A stretch of DNA of 64,000 nt from Malacoraja senta. Its lineage: Eukaryota. A program made the translations under genes and the position numbers. The stretch is taken from positions 9,860,001 through 9,924,000 of the forward strand of contig CM075993.1 of the NCBI GenBank assembly GCA_038087875.1, read 5' to 3'. The notes beneath the pieces are model-generated. The model was given only the letters and a program-made list of their open reading frames with translations, had not been told where the DNA came from and searched no databases. Shown here piece after piece: positions 1 to 13,860 of this stretch; the stretch's first letter is position 1; every line of letters begins with the position of its first letter.

Positions 1-3000
1 ATATCAGGATCCTAAATCCCTCCTGTACCCAAACATCAACGCTGTCCCAATGTTCAGGCCATTGACTCCACCATTGATGTTTGGCTTGAGGATGCAGAGA
101 TTGATACCTGGATTTTTGCGGGCTGTCGCGATGTTAGGATATTGATGGAGATTGTTAGATATTCCAAGTGGGATATTGGCAGTAATATTGGATGTTGAGG
201 GTTACCAGCATAATGGGATACCGGCAGTGATCCCAAATATTAGGATCCTCATAGGGAGTTACAGCGTGGACATAGGCCCTAAAGGCCATCGAATACACTG
301 ACTGTCAACCACCCACTTTACACTAATCCTATATTAATCCCATTGTTTTTTTAACCACGCATATTATCTTCAACTTCCCCAGAGTCTACCACTTACCTAC
401 ACGCTGGGTGTAATTTGCAGTGGACAATTAGCCTACTGACTCTGCAGGAGGATGGGGCCATTCCCGCCGAGTGTGATTGCAGGGAGATGGACGTGGACAA
501 CCCTTCCCCAACAACCTCTGACTGGGGACAATGCAGCAGCTGTCCTGGTTGTACAGCGAGGCTGTAGGATCGAGCATGTGTGGCAGCATTGTGGCACAGC
601 GGTAGAGCTGCTGCCTCCCAGCCCCAGAGAACCGGGTTCGATCCTGACTATGGGGGCTATCAATATGGAGTTTGCACGTTCTCCCAGTGACCGCGTGGGT
701 TTTCCCCGGGTGCTCCGGTTTAGAGAGTCAAAGAGCGAGAGAGTAATACAGTGTGGAAACAGGCCCTTCGGCCCAACGTGCCCACACCGCCCAGCTACAC
801 TAGGCCCAGCTGTCCGCGTTTGGCCCATATCCCTCCAAACCTATCCAGTGTCCTTTCCTTCCACATTCCAAATACACGCAGGTTTTTCAGTTAATTGGCC
901 TCTGTAAAATGGCCCTAATGTCTAGGATAGAACTAGTGTATGGGTGATTGTTGGTCGGTGCGGACTTGGTGGGCCAAAGATCAGTTTCCATCCTGTTCCT
1001 CTGAAATAAATTATTTTAATTTCAACAGATTTTTAGTTCCAGTTTTGTCTGGGACCAAGTGCAGTGGGATTGCCTCGTCCTGGGAGATTGGCCATGGTGA
1101 CCACTGATTCTGCCCAGGCAGGTAAGTGAGTATCACTCAGTGGGATGTGGGAACAGAGAGGCCAACACAATTGAATGCAGGACTAAAGAGGGGAGGGAGG
1201 TAACTCTGAGACGCAATCAGTTAGAGTTAGTGGATAAAACTATGGCCGGTGGAGGTTACTGGAGAATGTGGGGAGGGGGGAGAGGTCACTCTAGATCCAA
1301 GAGAGCAAAAAGGAACGATTGGTGAATGGAGAAAGACCAAGAGAGTGAGGCTGGGAGTTCTGGCTCCCTCTACACCAACCACTAAAAGCAAGTGCGGAAA
1401 CATCACCAGCCAAAGTGCCTAATGGAAGATTGGTTTTCATCTCATGGGGCTGGAGTGTAGAGGGCAGGAAGCCCTGGGCAATTACCAGAAGGTCTCTCTT
1501 CAGCTATTTGTGGATGAAAGACATCTTTACAGGAAGTGTCCTGGTCTCCAGTGAAAGGGTATTTAATCCAGGTTTAACTATAACATCTGTCTTCATAAAT
1601 TTCTTCACAGCTTTTTAATATATGAATTAAATGTACATAATCTGCTTGCATTTATTGGTTGGGGGTTTGAGTACAAGAGTCAGGAAGTCATGTTGCAGCT
1701 GTATAAAATTCTGGTCAGGCCACATTTGGAATGTTGTGTGCAGTTTTGGTCACCCCATTACAGGATACATGTGGTGGCTTTGGAGAGGGTGCAGAGGAGG
1801 TTTGCCAGGGTGCTGCCTGGATTAGAGGGTGATTAGTCCACAAGTCTGAGAGCAGTGGGGAAAAAGCTGTTCTTAAGTCTGGACATCTGGGCTTTCAGGC
1901 TCCTGTATCTTCTCCCAGAAGGGCGAAGAGAGAAAAGGGACTGGCCAGGGTGGCAGGCAACCATCACAATATGTCCAGCTTTCCTGATGCAACATACCAT
2001 GAAGATGGACTGGAAGGAAGTGACGAGCCTGTGATGGACTGGGCTGTGTTCACCACTCTCTGCAGGTTCAGGTGGTCAATAGCAGAGTAGTTGCCATACC
2101 ACATTGAGAAGCATCAGAATACTTTCAATAGCACATCTGTAGAAGTTCAGGAAAATCTCATATGTTCTTGGCCGCCTAAGAAGGTAAATATGCTGATCAC
2201 AGCGTCAGTGTGAAGGAACTCAGCAGGTGAGGCAGCATCTATGGAGCAAAGGAAATAGGCAACGTTTGAAACCCTTCTTCAGACCCGTTTCGGCCCAAAA
2301 CGTTGCCTATTTCCTTCGTTCCATAGATGCCGCCTCACCCACTGAGTTTCTCCAGCATTTTTGTCTACCTTCGATTTTCCAGCATCTGCAGTTCCTTCTT
2401 AAACATCAGTGTGAAGGAATCAGGCAAGGTTGCTGAATTTACCATGTGTCAGCTGAATGACCATGGTTTCCACTAGGAATGGGAAGTGATTTCAGGTCCT
2501 GGGCTCATGTTTAACCATTAAACACCCTCGCCAAACAATGTGAACATTTATTGCATCCCTGCCGTGGGAGTTTAAAACAAATACTCTGCGGGCAGGCTGC
2601 ATCTGTGGAAAGAGAAACAGGGTCAACGTTCCATGTCGGAGACCCCTCGTCAGAACCAAAGATTAACTCTGCTTCTCTTTCCACAGATGCTGACTGACCC
2701 TGCTGAGTGTTTTCAGCATTTTCCAGATTTCCATCATCAGCACTTATTTTGATTTGGCTGTGGTACTTCCCACACTGAGCCAACTCTGGTCTAAGCACAC
2801 TCATGCTGAGATGTGCAAGGACTATGAGTGGTATCATTCAAAGTACAAATCTTTCACCTCTACCCCATTGGACTTTGTGTATGGAACTGATATGCTGCGA
2901 TGCTGAGAATTTGTATTCTGCACTCTGTATCTTCCTCTTTGCTCTATCTTATCTGACCTTGACTTGATTGTGTTATGTATGGTATTATCTGATGTGCTTA

Positions 3001-3530
3001 GCAAGCATGCAAAGCACAGCTTATCAACTAAAGCCATGCTTTGCAATGAGCTGTGCAGAAAGGAACTGCAGATGCTGGTTTCTACCGAAGATGGACACAA
3101 AGTATTGGAATAACTCAACGGGTCAGGCAAGTAAAAATGACGGGGGACGTTTTGGGTCGGGACCCTTCTTCAGACTCCGAGATGCTGCCTGACCCGCAGA
3201 GTTACTCCAGCACTTTGCAACGTGCTGGTCTGTGAGGGCAGGTGAGATCATATCCATGCCTCCTGACGCACGGTGACCCAGTTTCCTCCCAGACTCTGGA
3301 CGGGCGGGTAGATGACGAGAATGGTTCTGACGTCTCGCCAGGAAAGTTAATGAGGGAGTTCAAAAGGCTTCAAAAGAAGCCAATTAAATTAAGAGGACTG
3401 TGCTCGTCCAGAATGATGGGACCATGTCGGGCTTCCTTTTCACACACTTTGGCTCCTTCATAATTTGTGTGCCTGCTACATGTTGGGACAATTCACTCAA
3501 TAACTCCAACGAGTGGTGACTCAAGCATAA

Positions 3531-3547
3531 AGTTCACCCCAGGGTCA
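3531..3547 (+). promoter_or_regulatory. Candidate DR5 retinoic acid response element AGTTCA-cccca-GGGTCA
   Basis: Two perfect RGKTCA half-sites 5 nt apart; AP-1 TGACTCA at 3517-3523; lies in a unique-looking island. Confidence 0.5.
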
Positions 3548-4106
3548 TAGCAGGTGCTGACCATGGCTTAAATGGCAATTTGTAATTAAGTTTGTATGAA
3601 TGGTTTGTTCATAGAATATTAGTCCTTTTATTCGGCAGCCCAGAACGGGGACTGAGCCTCATTCATGGGGTTGCCTGACAAACTGTTTGATTGAACAATA
3701 GTGCAACCACCAACTGGACTTTTCCAAGCTGAGATTCTGCAACATTCCACTGGTCCACGGGCTTTCGCTCCAGTGAAACTGCACGATTACGTCAGAGGCT
3801 CCGTACATTGGGAACTGAGTCATCACTGCCTCCGGAGAAGCAGAGACTTCAAAGTGTTTCCTCTCTGCTGCCTCTTCTGCCACTGCCCTTCCTCACCCTT
3901 AATCAAAAGCGACAGAAGATTCAAAAGTTGTTTTTCATTCTGTTGCATGGTCATTACTGGAACTCTACAGAACCAACTCTTTTGCTCCTGAAACATGAGA
4001 ACATTGGGAACAGCATGAAGTTGATCAGGTTTTCCAACCTCCTCTGATTTTCATGAATATTAAGGCTGATTTGTGCCTCTTCTCTTTACCCCTAATTCAC
4101 CCAACT

Positions 4107-4126
4107 TGACCCTGTGTCCTTGACCT
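4107..4126 (-). promoter_or_regulatory. Candidate composite DR8 RARE AGGTCA-AGGACA-ca-GGGTCA
   Basis: Perfect outer half-sites 8 nt apart, with a degenerate internal half-site giving DR0 and DR2 spacings. Confidence 0.35.
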
Positions 4127-5669
4127 CTCTTTCAATAATAAGCCGAAACCAATACCTACATCTTTCCCATATCTCCGCCATCTCTGAAATAAATAGAGAA
4201 GATACGTGCAGGAAGAAACTGCAGATGCTGGCTTACACCGATGATGGGCACAAAATACTGGAGAAACAGGCAGCATCTCTGGAGAAGAGGAACAGGTGAC
4301 GTTTCGGACCGAGACACGCTCAGTCAGAAGAAGGGTCTCAACCCAAACCGTCACATATTCCTTTTCTCCAGAGAAGATACTTGGACATCTACATGGATAG
4401 TAAATGTCTAGATGGATATGGGCCAGGCATGGTCAAATGGTCCTAGTTTGGAGGGACATGGATGAGTTGGGCCAAAGGACCTGTTTCCCTGCTGTATGAC
4501 TCTATGTCTATGTCTAAGGTGCTGGAAATACTCAGCAGGTCAGGCAGCATCTGTGCAGAGAGAAACATCACCTATGGATTTGTTCCACAAGTGAGGCATT
4601 GAACCTTCTGAATTTTGTAGTCGGCAGGGCAGTACTCTGCATATCGCCAACTTGGACAATTTTACATTTTTATCAAGCCAATTAACCTACAAACCTGCAC
4701 GTCTTTGGAGTGTGGGAGGAAACCGAAGATCTCGGAGAAAACCCACGGGGAGAACGTACAAACTCCATACAGACAGCACCCGTAGTCGGGATCGAACCCG
4801 GGTCTCTGGCTGTAAGGCAGCAACTCTACCGCTGTGCCACCGTGACCGCAACCCATTGGGTTTCCTTGCCTAGGCCAAACTCTGCAACATTGAACAAAAC
4901 TAGAACGATCAACTGGGAAATGTATGAAGCGTCAGCCCGACAGAGGCCATTGAGTCACAGTAACCATGGATGAACGCTTCATGGGCAATGTGCTGACCTT
5001 AAACCCACTGTGTGAAGACATTCACGGATACTCACTCTCTTGCTGTGTACCGAGTGGGGTCTAAAGCAGAGGAAACGTGGGTGCAGTCAGGGGGACAATA
5101 GACTCTGTCATCTCCAGAGTGGAACCCACGGACAGTGAAAAGAACAACTAGCTCACAAGGTGCTATAGAAGTCAACGAGTAGTTTCATTATTGAATGCAC
5201 TGTCGTCTGACTGCCAGTGTCGTAAAGCACAACTAATTTAAATCCAAGATTTAATTATCCAAACGAGGAACTGCAGATGCTGGTTTACAACAACAAAAAA
5301 GACACAAAGTGCTGGGCTCATTCAGCGGGTCAGACGGCATTCCTGTAGAACATGGATAGGTGACATTTCATGTCATGTCTGAAGAAGGGTGCCGACCCGA
5401 AATGTCACAGATCTATTTTCTCCAGAGATTCTGCCTGAACTGCTGAGTTACTGCATCTTTTTTTAGTTTAAATCCAATTTATTATTGGAGTCATGGTATC
5501 ATAGAACTGTACAGCACAGAAACAGGCCCTTTGGCCTATCGTGCCCATATTGGGCCGGTCTCATTTACCTGCATGTGGCTCATTGTCGTCTCAACCCTTC
5601 CTATCTGTATATGTCCAAACATCTTTTGAAAGATGTAAATGTAGAAATTGTTGTGAATTTTATATATAT

Positions 5670-6770
5670 TGACACCGGGTGCAGTAGACGAGGATGGAGG
5701 AGGTGCACGTGAACCTCTGTCTCACCTGGAAGGACTGCTGGGGTTCCTGGATGGAGGTGAGGTTGCAGGGAAAGTACTTGGGGATGGGGTGGTTTGGGTG
5801 GGAAGGGAAGAGTGAACCAAGGAAGGCAGAAAGGGGTGGAGATGGGAGGATGTGACTAGTGGTGGGATCACGTTGGAGATGGCAGAAATGTCGGAGTATG
5901 ACGTGTTGGATGAGGAGGCTGGTGGGGTGAAAGGTGAGGACCAGGGGAACCCTATCCTTGTTCCATCCGGGAGGAGGGGGAGCAAGAGTAGAACTACAGG
6001 AGAGAAGAGTTGAGGGTGAGGGATCCATCTATGACATCTGTTTACTAAAGAAAGAGGATGTCACAGATGTCATTGAATGGAAAGTCTCATCTTGGGAGCA
6101 GATGCGGTGTATACGGAGTAATTGAGAGTAGGGGGTAGCATCTTTGTAAGATGCAGGACGGGTGGAAGTGTAGAAGGTCGGTAGGTTTGTAGTAAACGTC
6201 AGTCGATACTGTCCCCTGTGATGGAGACAGATCAAGAAACAGGAGAGAGGCGCTAGCTGAAGTCCAGGTGAATTCAATAGACAATAGACAATAGGTGCAG
6301 GAGTAGGCCATTTGGCCCTTCGAGCCAGCACCGCCATTCAATGTGATCATGGCTGATCATCCCCAATCAGTGCCCCGTTCCTGCCATCTCCCCATATCTC
6401 CTGACTCTGCTAATTCCAGAGGAGGGTGCAAGTTAGTGATAAAGTTAATAAAATCCACAAGTTTTGCATGGGTGCAGGAGGCAGCCCCGATGCAGTCATA
6501 GATGTAGTGGAGAAAGAGTTGGGGGATGGGGCCACTGCATGCCTGAAACAAAGATTGTTCAACGTAACCGACTGAAAGGCAGCATTGCTGGGGCCCACGT
6601 GAGTACCCATGGCTACACCTTTAACTTGGAGGAAGTGAGAGGTTAACAGAGGAGTTGTTAAGGGTTTGGATAAGTTCCTTTAGGCGGAGGAGAGATAGTA
6701 GAGGGAAATTGGTAGAGTCTTTGTTCAAGGAAGAAATGGAGGGCCTTGAGACTTTCCTGGTGGGTGGTGG
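5670..6770 (-). mobile_element. Degraded Penelope-like element (RT, linker, start of GIY-YIG), interrupted by a CR1 3' end at about 6275-6412
   Basis: Peptides MGT..GPS.A, LFLHYIYDCIG (YIDD-like), DVYYKPTD, PYSQLLRIHRICS, RVPLVLTFHP, FTCTSSILVYC.RC. Confidence 0.85.
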
Positions 6771-7067
6771 AGGTGGAGAGGGACCGGACATCCATGGTGT
6801 GTGGGGTGCATCGGACATATGGGAAGCGACGACAAGGGGGATAGAATGGAACCAAGGTATGTGGAGATGAGTTCAGTGGGGCAGGAGATGGTCTCGCGAG
6901 TCGGTGAGACCTCAGCGGCGGCGGTGGTCGATGGCGCGGGTGGACCGCCATGAGGGGGGGGGGGAGAGAACAAAGGAGGAGCCGGCGCAGGATACTCTGT
7001 CAGTGCCGTTTATGTGGTGACTATTTGTACACATTGGGTATGCAGCAAAGGATTCCACTGTGCCTGT

Positions 7068-8937
7068 GGGAACATAAAAACTGACTGCAAAAGTTTTTAT
7101 AGATATGTGAAGAGAAAGAGATTAGCTAAAACAAATGTAGGTCCCTTGCAGTCAGAAACAGGTAAATTAATCATGGGGAACAAGGACATGGCAGACCAAT
7201 TGAATAACTACTTTGGTTCTGTCTTCACTTAGGAAGACATAAATAATGCCGGAAATAGCAGGGGACCGCGGGTCAAATGAGATGGAGGAACTGAATGAAA
7301 TCCAGGTTAGCCGGGAAGTGGTGTAAGGTAAATCGAATGGATTAAAGGCCGATAAATCCCCAGGGCCAGATAGGCTGCATCCCAGAGTACTTAAGGAAGT
7401 AGCCCCAGAAATAGTGGATGCATTAGTGATAATTTTTCAAAACTCTTTAGATTCTGGAGTAGTTCCTGAGGATTGGAGGGCAGCTAATGTAACCCCACTT
7501 TTTAAAAAGGGAGGGAGAGAGAAAACTGAGAATTACAGACCAGTTAATCTAACATCGGTAGAGGGGAAACTGCTAGAGTCAGTTATTAAAGATGGGATAA
7601 CAGCACATTTGGAAAGTGGTGAAATCATTGGACAAAGTCAGCATGGATTTACGAAAGATAAATCATGTCTGACGAATCTTATAGAATTTTTCGAGGATGT
7701 AACTAGTAGAGTGGATAAGGGAGAACCAGTGGATGTTTTATATCTGGACTTTCAGAAGGCTTTCGACAAAGTCCCACATAAGAGAATAGTATACAAACTT
7801 AAAGCATACAGTATTGGGGGTTCAGTATTGATGTGGATAGAGAACTGGCTGGCAAACAGGAAGCAAAGAGTAGGAGTAAACGGGTCCTTTTCAGAATGGC
7901 AGGCAGTGACTAGTGGGGTACCGCAAGGCTCATTGCTGGGACCCCAGCTATTTACAATATATATTAATGATTTGGACGAGGGAATTGAATGCAACATCTC
8001 CAAGTTTGCGGATGACACAAAGCTGGGGGGCAGTGTTCGCTGTGAGGAGGATGCTAGGAGGCTGCAAGGTGACTTGGATAGGCTGGGTGAGTGGGCAAAT
8101 GCATGGCAGATGCAGTATAATGTGGATAAATGTGAGGTTATCCACTTTGGTGGAAAAACAGGAAAGTAGACTATTATCTAAATGGTGGCCGATTAGGAAA
8201 AGAGGAGATGCAACGAAGACCTGGGTGTCATGGTACACCAGTCATTGAAAGTAGGCATGCAGGTGCAGCAGGCAGTGAAGAAAGCAAATGGTATGTTAGC
8301 ATTCATAGCAAAAGGATTTGAGTATAGGAGCAGGGAGGTTCTACTGCAGTTGTACAGGGTCTTGGTGAGACCACACCTGGAGTATTGTGTACAGTTTTGG
8401 TCTCCAAATCTGAGGAAAGACATTCTTGCCATAGAGGGAGTACAGAGAAGGTTCACCAGACTGATTCCTGGGATGTTCAGGACTTTCATATGAAGAAAGA
8501 CTGGATAGACTCGGCTTGTACTCGCTAGAATTTAGAAGATTGAGGGGGGATCTTATAGAAACTTACAAAATTCTTAAGGGGTTGGACAGGCTAGATGTAA
8601 GAAGATTGTTCCCGATGTTGGGGAAGTCCAGGACAAGGGGTCACAGTTTAAGGATAAAGGGGGAAATCCTTTAGGACCGAGATGAGAAAAACAATTTTTC
8701 ACAGAGAGTGGTGAATCTCTGGAACTCTCTGCCACAGAAGGTAGTTGAGGCCAGTTCATTGGCTATATTTAAGAGGGAGTTAGATGTGGCCCTTGTGGCT
8801 AAAGGTATCAGGGGGTATGGAGAGAAGGCAGATACAGGATACTGAGTTGGATGATCAGCCATGATCATATTGAATGGCGGTGCAGGCTCGAAGGGCCGAA
8901 TGGCCTACTCCTGCACCTATTTTCTATGTTTCTATGT
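7068..8937 (+). mobile_element. 5'-truncated CR1 LINE (RT)
   Basis: ORF 7414..8169 with [22 protein letters not shown]1 3' UTR and TTCTATGT tail; short TGTGCCT TSD. Confidence 0.93.
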
Positions 8938-9556
8938 GCCTTGTCACATGTGACAAAGTATTCCATTCCATGCCTCCATCAATAGAATCTGTCCATGACA
9001 AGGCCACGTTAACCACCTCTGGCCAGTCCCACTCTTTCCAAATGATCACTAATCCTCTCCCTCTGGAATTGTGTCCAATATTTTTCCCACCACTGATTTT
9101 AGGCCCACTGGTCTGTAGTTTCTTCTTTCCTGCTGTCCTTCTTGAAAAGTGGAGACAATGTTTGCCAGCCTCCGTTCATCTGGCACCTCAATTGTCCAAC
9201 AACCCTTGTTACAACACAATGCTTTTCACTGGGCAGTTGTAGACTTTCCTGAAAGCTGCTGCTCCCAATGTTCCTTTGCCTGGTCTTCCCCAATGTTATT
9301 GAAATTTGCCTTTATTACTAGTCTATCCCTTTCCTTTCCATAAAACATGGCGACTCCTGGGTGAGGTCTCCTGTAAGATTTTACCGGGTTATATCCAAAA
9401 CAACACATTTCACTGTACCTCGGTACATGTGACAATAAAGTATCATTGAATATCATCGATCTGTAAAATACGTGAGCTCAGGTCACTATCTCCAACCCTC
9501 TATTTACAGTGCATTCAGAAAGTATTCAGACCCCTTCACTTTTTCCACATTTTGTT

Positions 9557-12406
9557 ACAATAGACAATAGACAATAGGCAATAGGTGCAGGAGTAGGCTA
9601 TTCGGCCCTTCGAGCCAGCACCGCCATTCAATGTGATCATGGCTGATCATCCCCAATCAGTACCCTATTCCTGCCTTCTCCCCATATCCCCTGACTCCGC
9701 TATCTTTAAGAGCCCTATCTAGCTCTCTCTTGAAAGTATCCAGAGAACTGGCCTCCACCGCCCTCTGAGGCAGAGAATTCCACAGACTCACAACTCTCTG
9801 TGAGAAAAAGTGTTTCCTCGTCTCTGTTCTAAATGGCTTACCCCTTATTCTTAAACTGTGGTTACTGGTTCTGGACTCCCCCAACATCGGGAACATGTTT
9901 CCTGCCTCTAGCGTGTCCAAACCCTTAACAATCTTATATGTTTCAATAAGATCTCCTCTCATCCTTCTAAACTCCAGAGTGTACAAGCCCAGCCGCTCCA
10001 TTCTCTCAGCATATGACAGTCCCGCCATCCTGGGAATTAACCTTGTAAACCTACACTGCACTCCCTCAATAGCAAGAATGTCCTTCCTCAAATTAGTGGA
10101 CCAAAACTGCGCACAATTCTCCAGGTGTGGTCTCACTAGGGCTCTGTACAACTGCAGAAGGACCTCTTTGCTCCTATACTCGACTCCTCTTGTTATAAAG
10201 GCCAACATGCCATTCGCTTTCTTCACTGCCTGCTGTACCTGCATGCTTACTTTCATAGACTGATGAACAAGGACCCCCAGATCCCGTTGTACTTCCCCTT
10301 TTCCCAACTTGACGCCATTTAGATGGTAATCTGACTTCCTGTTTTTGATACCAAAGTGGAAAACCTCACGTTTACCCACATTAAACTTCATCTGCCCACT
10401 CCCCCAACCTGTCCAAGTCATCCTGCATTCTCATAGCATCCTCCTCACAGTTCACACTGCCACCCAGCTTTGTGTCATCTGCAAATTTGCTCTTGTTACT
10501 TTGAATCCCTTCATCCAAATCATTGATGTATATTGTAAATAGCTGCGGACCCAGCACCGAGCCTTGCGGTACCCCACTAGTTACTGCCTGCCATTCTGAA
10601 AGGGACCCGTTAATCCCTACTCTTTGTTTCCTGTCTGCCAACCAATTTTCTATCCATGTCAGCACTCTACCCCCAATACCATGTGCCCTAATTTTGCCCA
10701 CTAATCTCCTATGTGAGACCTTATCAAATGCTTTCTGAAAGTCCAGGTACACTACATCCACTGACTCTCCCTTGTCCATTTTCCTAGTTACATCCTCAAA
10801 AAATTCCAGAAGATTAGTCAAGCATGATTTCCCCTTCGTAAATCCATGCTGACTCCGACCGATCCTGTTTGCTGCTATCCAAATGTGCGGCTATTTCATC
10901 TTTTATAATTGACTCCAGCATCTTCCCCACCACCAATGTCAGGCTAACTGGTCTATAATTCCCTGTTTTCTGTCTCCCGCCTTTCTTAAAAAGTGGGATA
11001 AGATTAGCTACCCTCCAATCCACACGAACTGATCCTGAGTTACCCAATCCTCTTGCTTCCCGCTCATCTTTGCTACGTTGTATTTCTTCTCTTTTATTTG
11101 TATACTGTCCCTGACGTCCCTTGTCAGCCACGGTCGCCCCTTACTCCCCTTGGAATCTTTCTTCCTCCTAGGAATGAACTGATCCTGCACCTTCTGTATT
11201 ATTCCTAGAAATACCTGCCATTGTTGTTCCATTGTCATCCCTGCTAGTGTATCTTTCCAGTCAACTTTGGCCAGCTCCTCCCTCATGGCCCCATTAGTCC
11301 CCTTTATTCAACTGTAACACTGACACCTCTGATCTACCCTTCTCCCTCGCCAATTGTAGATTAAACCTGACCATGTTATGGTCACTGCCTCCTAATGGCT
11401 CATTAACCTCAAGTTCCTTTATGAAATCTGGTTCATTACGTAACACTAAATCCAGATTTGCCTTCTCCCTGGTAGGCTCCAATACAAGCTGCTCTAAGAA
11501 TCCATCACGGAGGCACTCTACAAAGTCCCTTTCTTGGGGTCCAGTATCAACCTGATTTTCCCAGTCTACCTGCATGTTGAAATCTCCCATAATAACCACA
11601 GCATTACCTTTGCTACATGCCAATTTTAACTCCTGATTCAACTTGCACCCTATGTCCAGGCTACTGTTTGGGGGCCTGTAGATAAGTCCCACGAGGGTCT
11701 TTTTACCCTTACAATTCCTTAGTTCTACCCATACTGACTCCACATCTGTTTCAATGTCACCCCTTGCAAGGGACTGAATTTCATTTCTCACCAATAGAGC
11801 TACCCCGCCCCCTCTGCCCACCTGTCTGTCTTTTCGATAGGAGGTATATCCTTGAATATTCAGTTCCCAGCCCTGGCCCTCTTGCAGCCATGTCTCTGTA
11901 ATTCCCACAACATCATACTTGCCAATTTCTAACTGAGCCTCAAACTTGTCCACTTTATTTCTTATGCTTCGCGCATTCATATACAGCACTTTGACCTCCG
12001 TATTCACGTCCCCCCTCGCACCGCTCGCAATTGGCCCTGACCTTACTCTTTTATCCATTCTCGAACTTTCCTTCCCATTAATTCGAGAATCTTTTGTAAT
12101 TGTTCCTGTACTCACTTCCCCTTCAACTCCATCTTTATACTCCCAATTTGTCAATCCCTCCCCCCCACTATTTAGTTTAAACCCACACGTGTAGCCCTAG
12201 CAAACCTGCCTGCCAGAATGTCGGTCCCCCTCCAGTTAACGTGTAACCCGTCCCTTTTGTACAGGTCACCACTACCCCAGAGGAGATCCCAGTGATCTAT
12301 AAATCTAAATCCTTGCTCCCTGCACCAGCCCTCAGCCACACATTCAGATCCCCTATCTCCCTGTTCCTGTCCTCACTAGCACGAGGTACTGGCAGCAATC
12401 CAGAGA
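9557..12406 (-). mobile_element. CR1 LINE (EN+RT, internally deleted, frameshifted) inserted in the left TIR of the Tc1
   Basis: ORFs with [50 protein letters not shown]; (CTATTGT)n tail. Confidence 0.93.
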
Positions 12407-13100
12407 CACATTACAGCCTTATTTTAAAATGGATTAAATTCTTTTTTTTTAAATCATCAATCTACACACAATACCCCAGAACGAAGAAGCAAAACAGGTG
12501 TTTAGAAATTTTTGCAAAGTAATTAAAAAGAAATATCACATTTACATAAGTATTCAGACCCTTTGCTGTGACACTCAAAATTGAGCTTAGGTTCATCCTG
12601 TTTCCATTGATTATCCTTGAGATGTTTCTACAACATGATTGGAGTCCACCAGTGGTAAATTAAATTGATTGGACATGATTTGGAAAGGCACACACCTGTC
12701 TATATAAGGTCCCACAGTTGACAGTGCATGTCAGAGCAAAAACCAACCCATGAAGATGAAGGAATTGTCCGTAGACCTCCGAGACAGGATTGTGTCGAGA
12801 CACAGATCTGGGGAAGGGTATAAAACAATTTCTGCAGCATTGCAGGTCCCGAAGAGCACAGTGGCCTCTGTCATTCTTAAATGGAAGAACTTTGGAACCA
12901 CCAGGTAATAGCCGCACATTTTCATAGAGCTTGTCGCCCGGCCAAACTGAGCAATCGGGGGAGAAAGGCCTTGGTCAGGGAGGTGACCAAGAACCTGATG
13001 GTCACTGACAGAGCTCCAGTTCCTCTGTGGAGATAGGAGAACCTTCCAGAAGAACAACTATATCTGCAGCACTCCACCAATCAGGCCTTTATGGTAGAGT

Positions 13101-13860
13101 TAGAAACATAGAAACATAGAAAATAGGTGCAGGAGTAGGCCATTCAGCCCTTCGAGTCTGCACCGCCATTCAATATGATCATGGTTGATCATCCAACTCA
13201 GTATCCTGTACCTGCCTTCTCTCCATACCCCCTGATCCCTTTAGCCACAAGGGCCACATCTAACTCCCTCTTAAATATAGCCAATGAACTGGCCTCAACT
13301 ACCTTCTGTGGCAGAGAATTCCACAGATTCACCACTCTCTGTGTAAAAAATGATTTTCTCATCTCTGACCTAAAAGACTTCCTTATCCTTAAACTGTGAC
13401 CCCTTGTTCTGGACTTCCCCAACATCGGGAATAATCTTCCTGCATCTAGCCTGTCCAACCCCTTAAGAATTTTGTAAGTTTCTATAAGATCCCCCCTCAA
13501 TCTTCTAAATTCTAGCGAGTACAAGCCGAGTCTATCCAGTCTTTCTTCATATGAAAGTCCTGACATCCCAGGAATCAGTCTGGTGAACCTTCTCTGCACT
13601 CCCTCTATGGCAAGAATGTCTTTCCTCAGATTAGGAGACCAAAACTGTACGCAATACTCCAGGTGTGGTCTCACCAAGACCCTGTACAACTGCAGTGGAA
13701 CCTCCCTGCTCTTATACTCAAATCCTTTTGCTATGAATGCTAACATATCATTCCCTTTCTTCACTGCCTGCTGCACCTGCATGCCTACTTTCAATGACTG
13801 GTGTACCATGACACCCAGATCTCGTTGCATCTCCCCTTTTCCTAATCGTCCACCATTCAG
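13101..13860 (-). mobile_element. 5'-truncated CR1 inserted in the Tc1 transposase
   Basis: CR1 ORF2 C-terminus (ORF 13198..13914) and (TTCTATGT)n tail; the transposase resumes at about 13861. Confidence 0.92.

Noticed and set aside
3242..4047. Short ORFs in the unique island
   Set aside because: No recognisable protein family or consistent exon structure; a regulatory role is more plausible.
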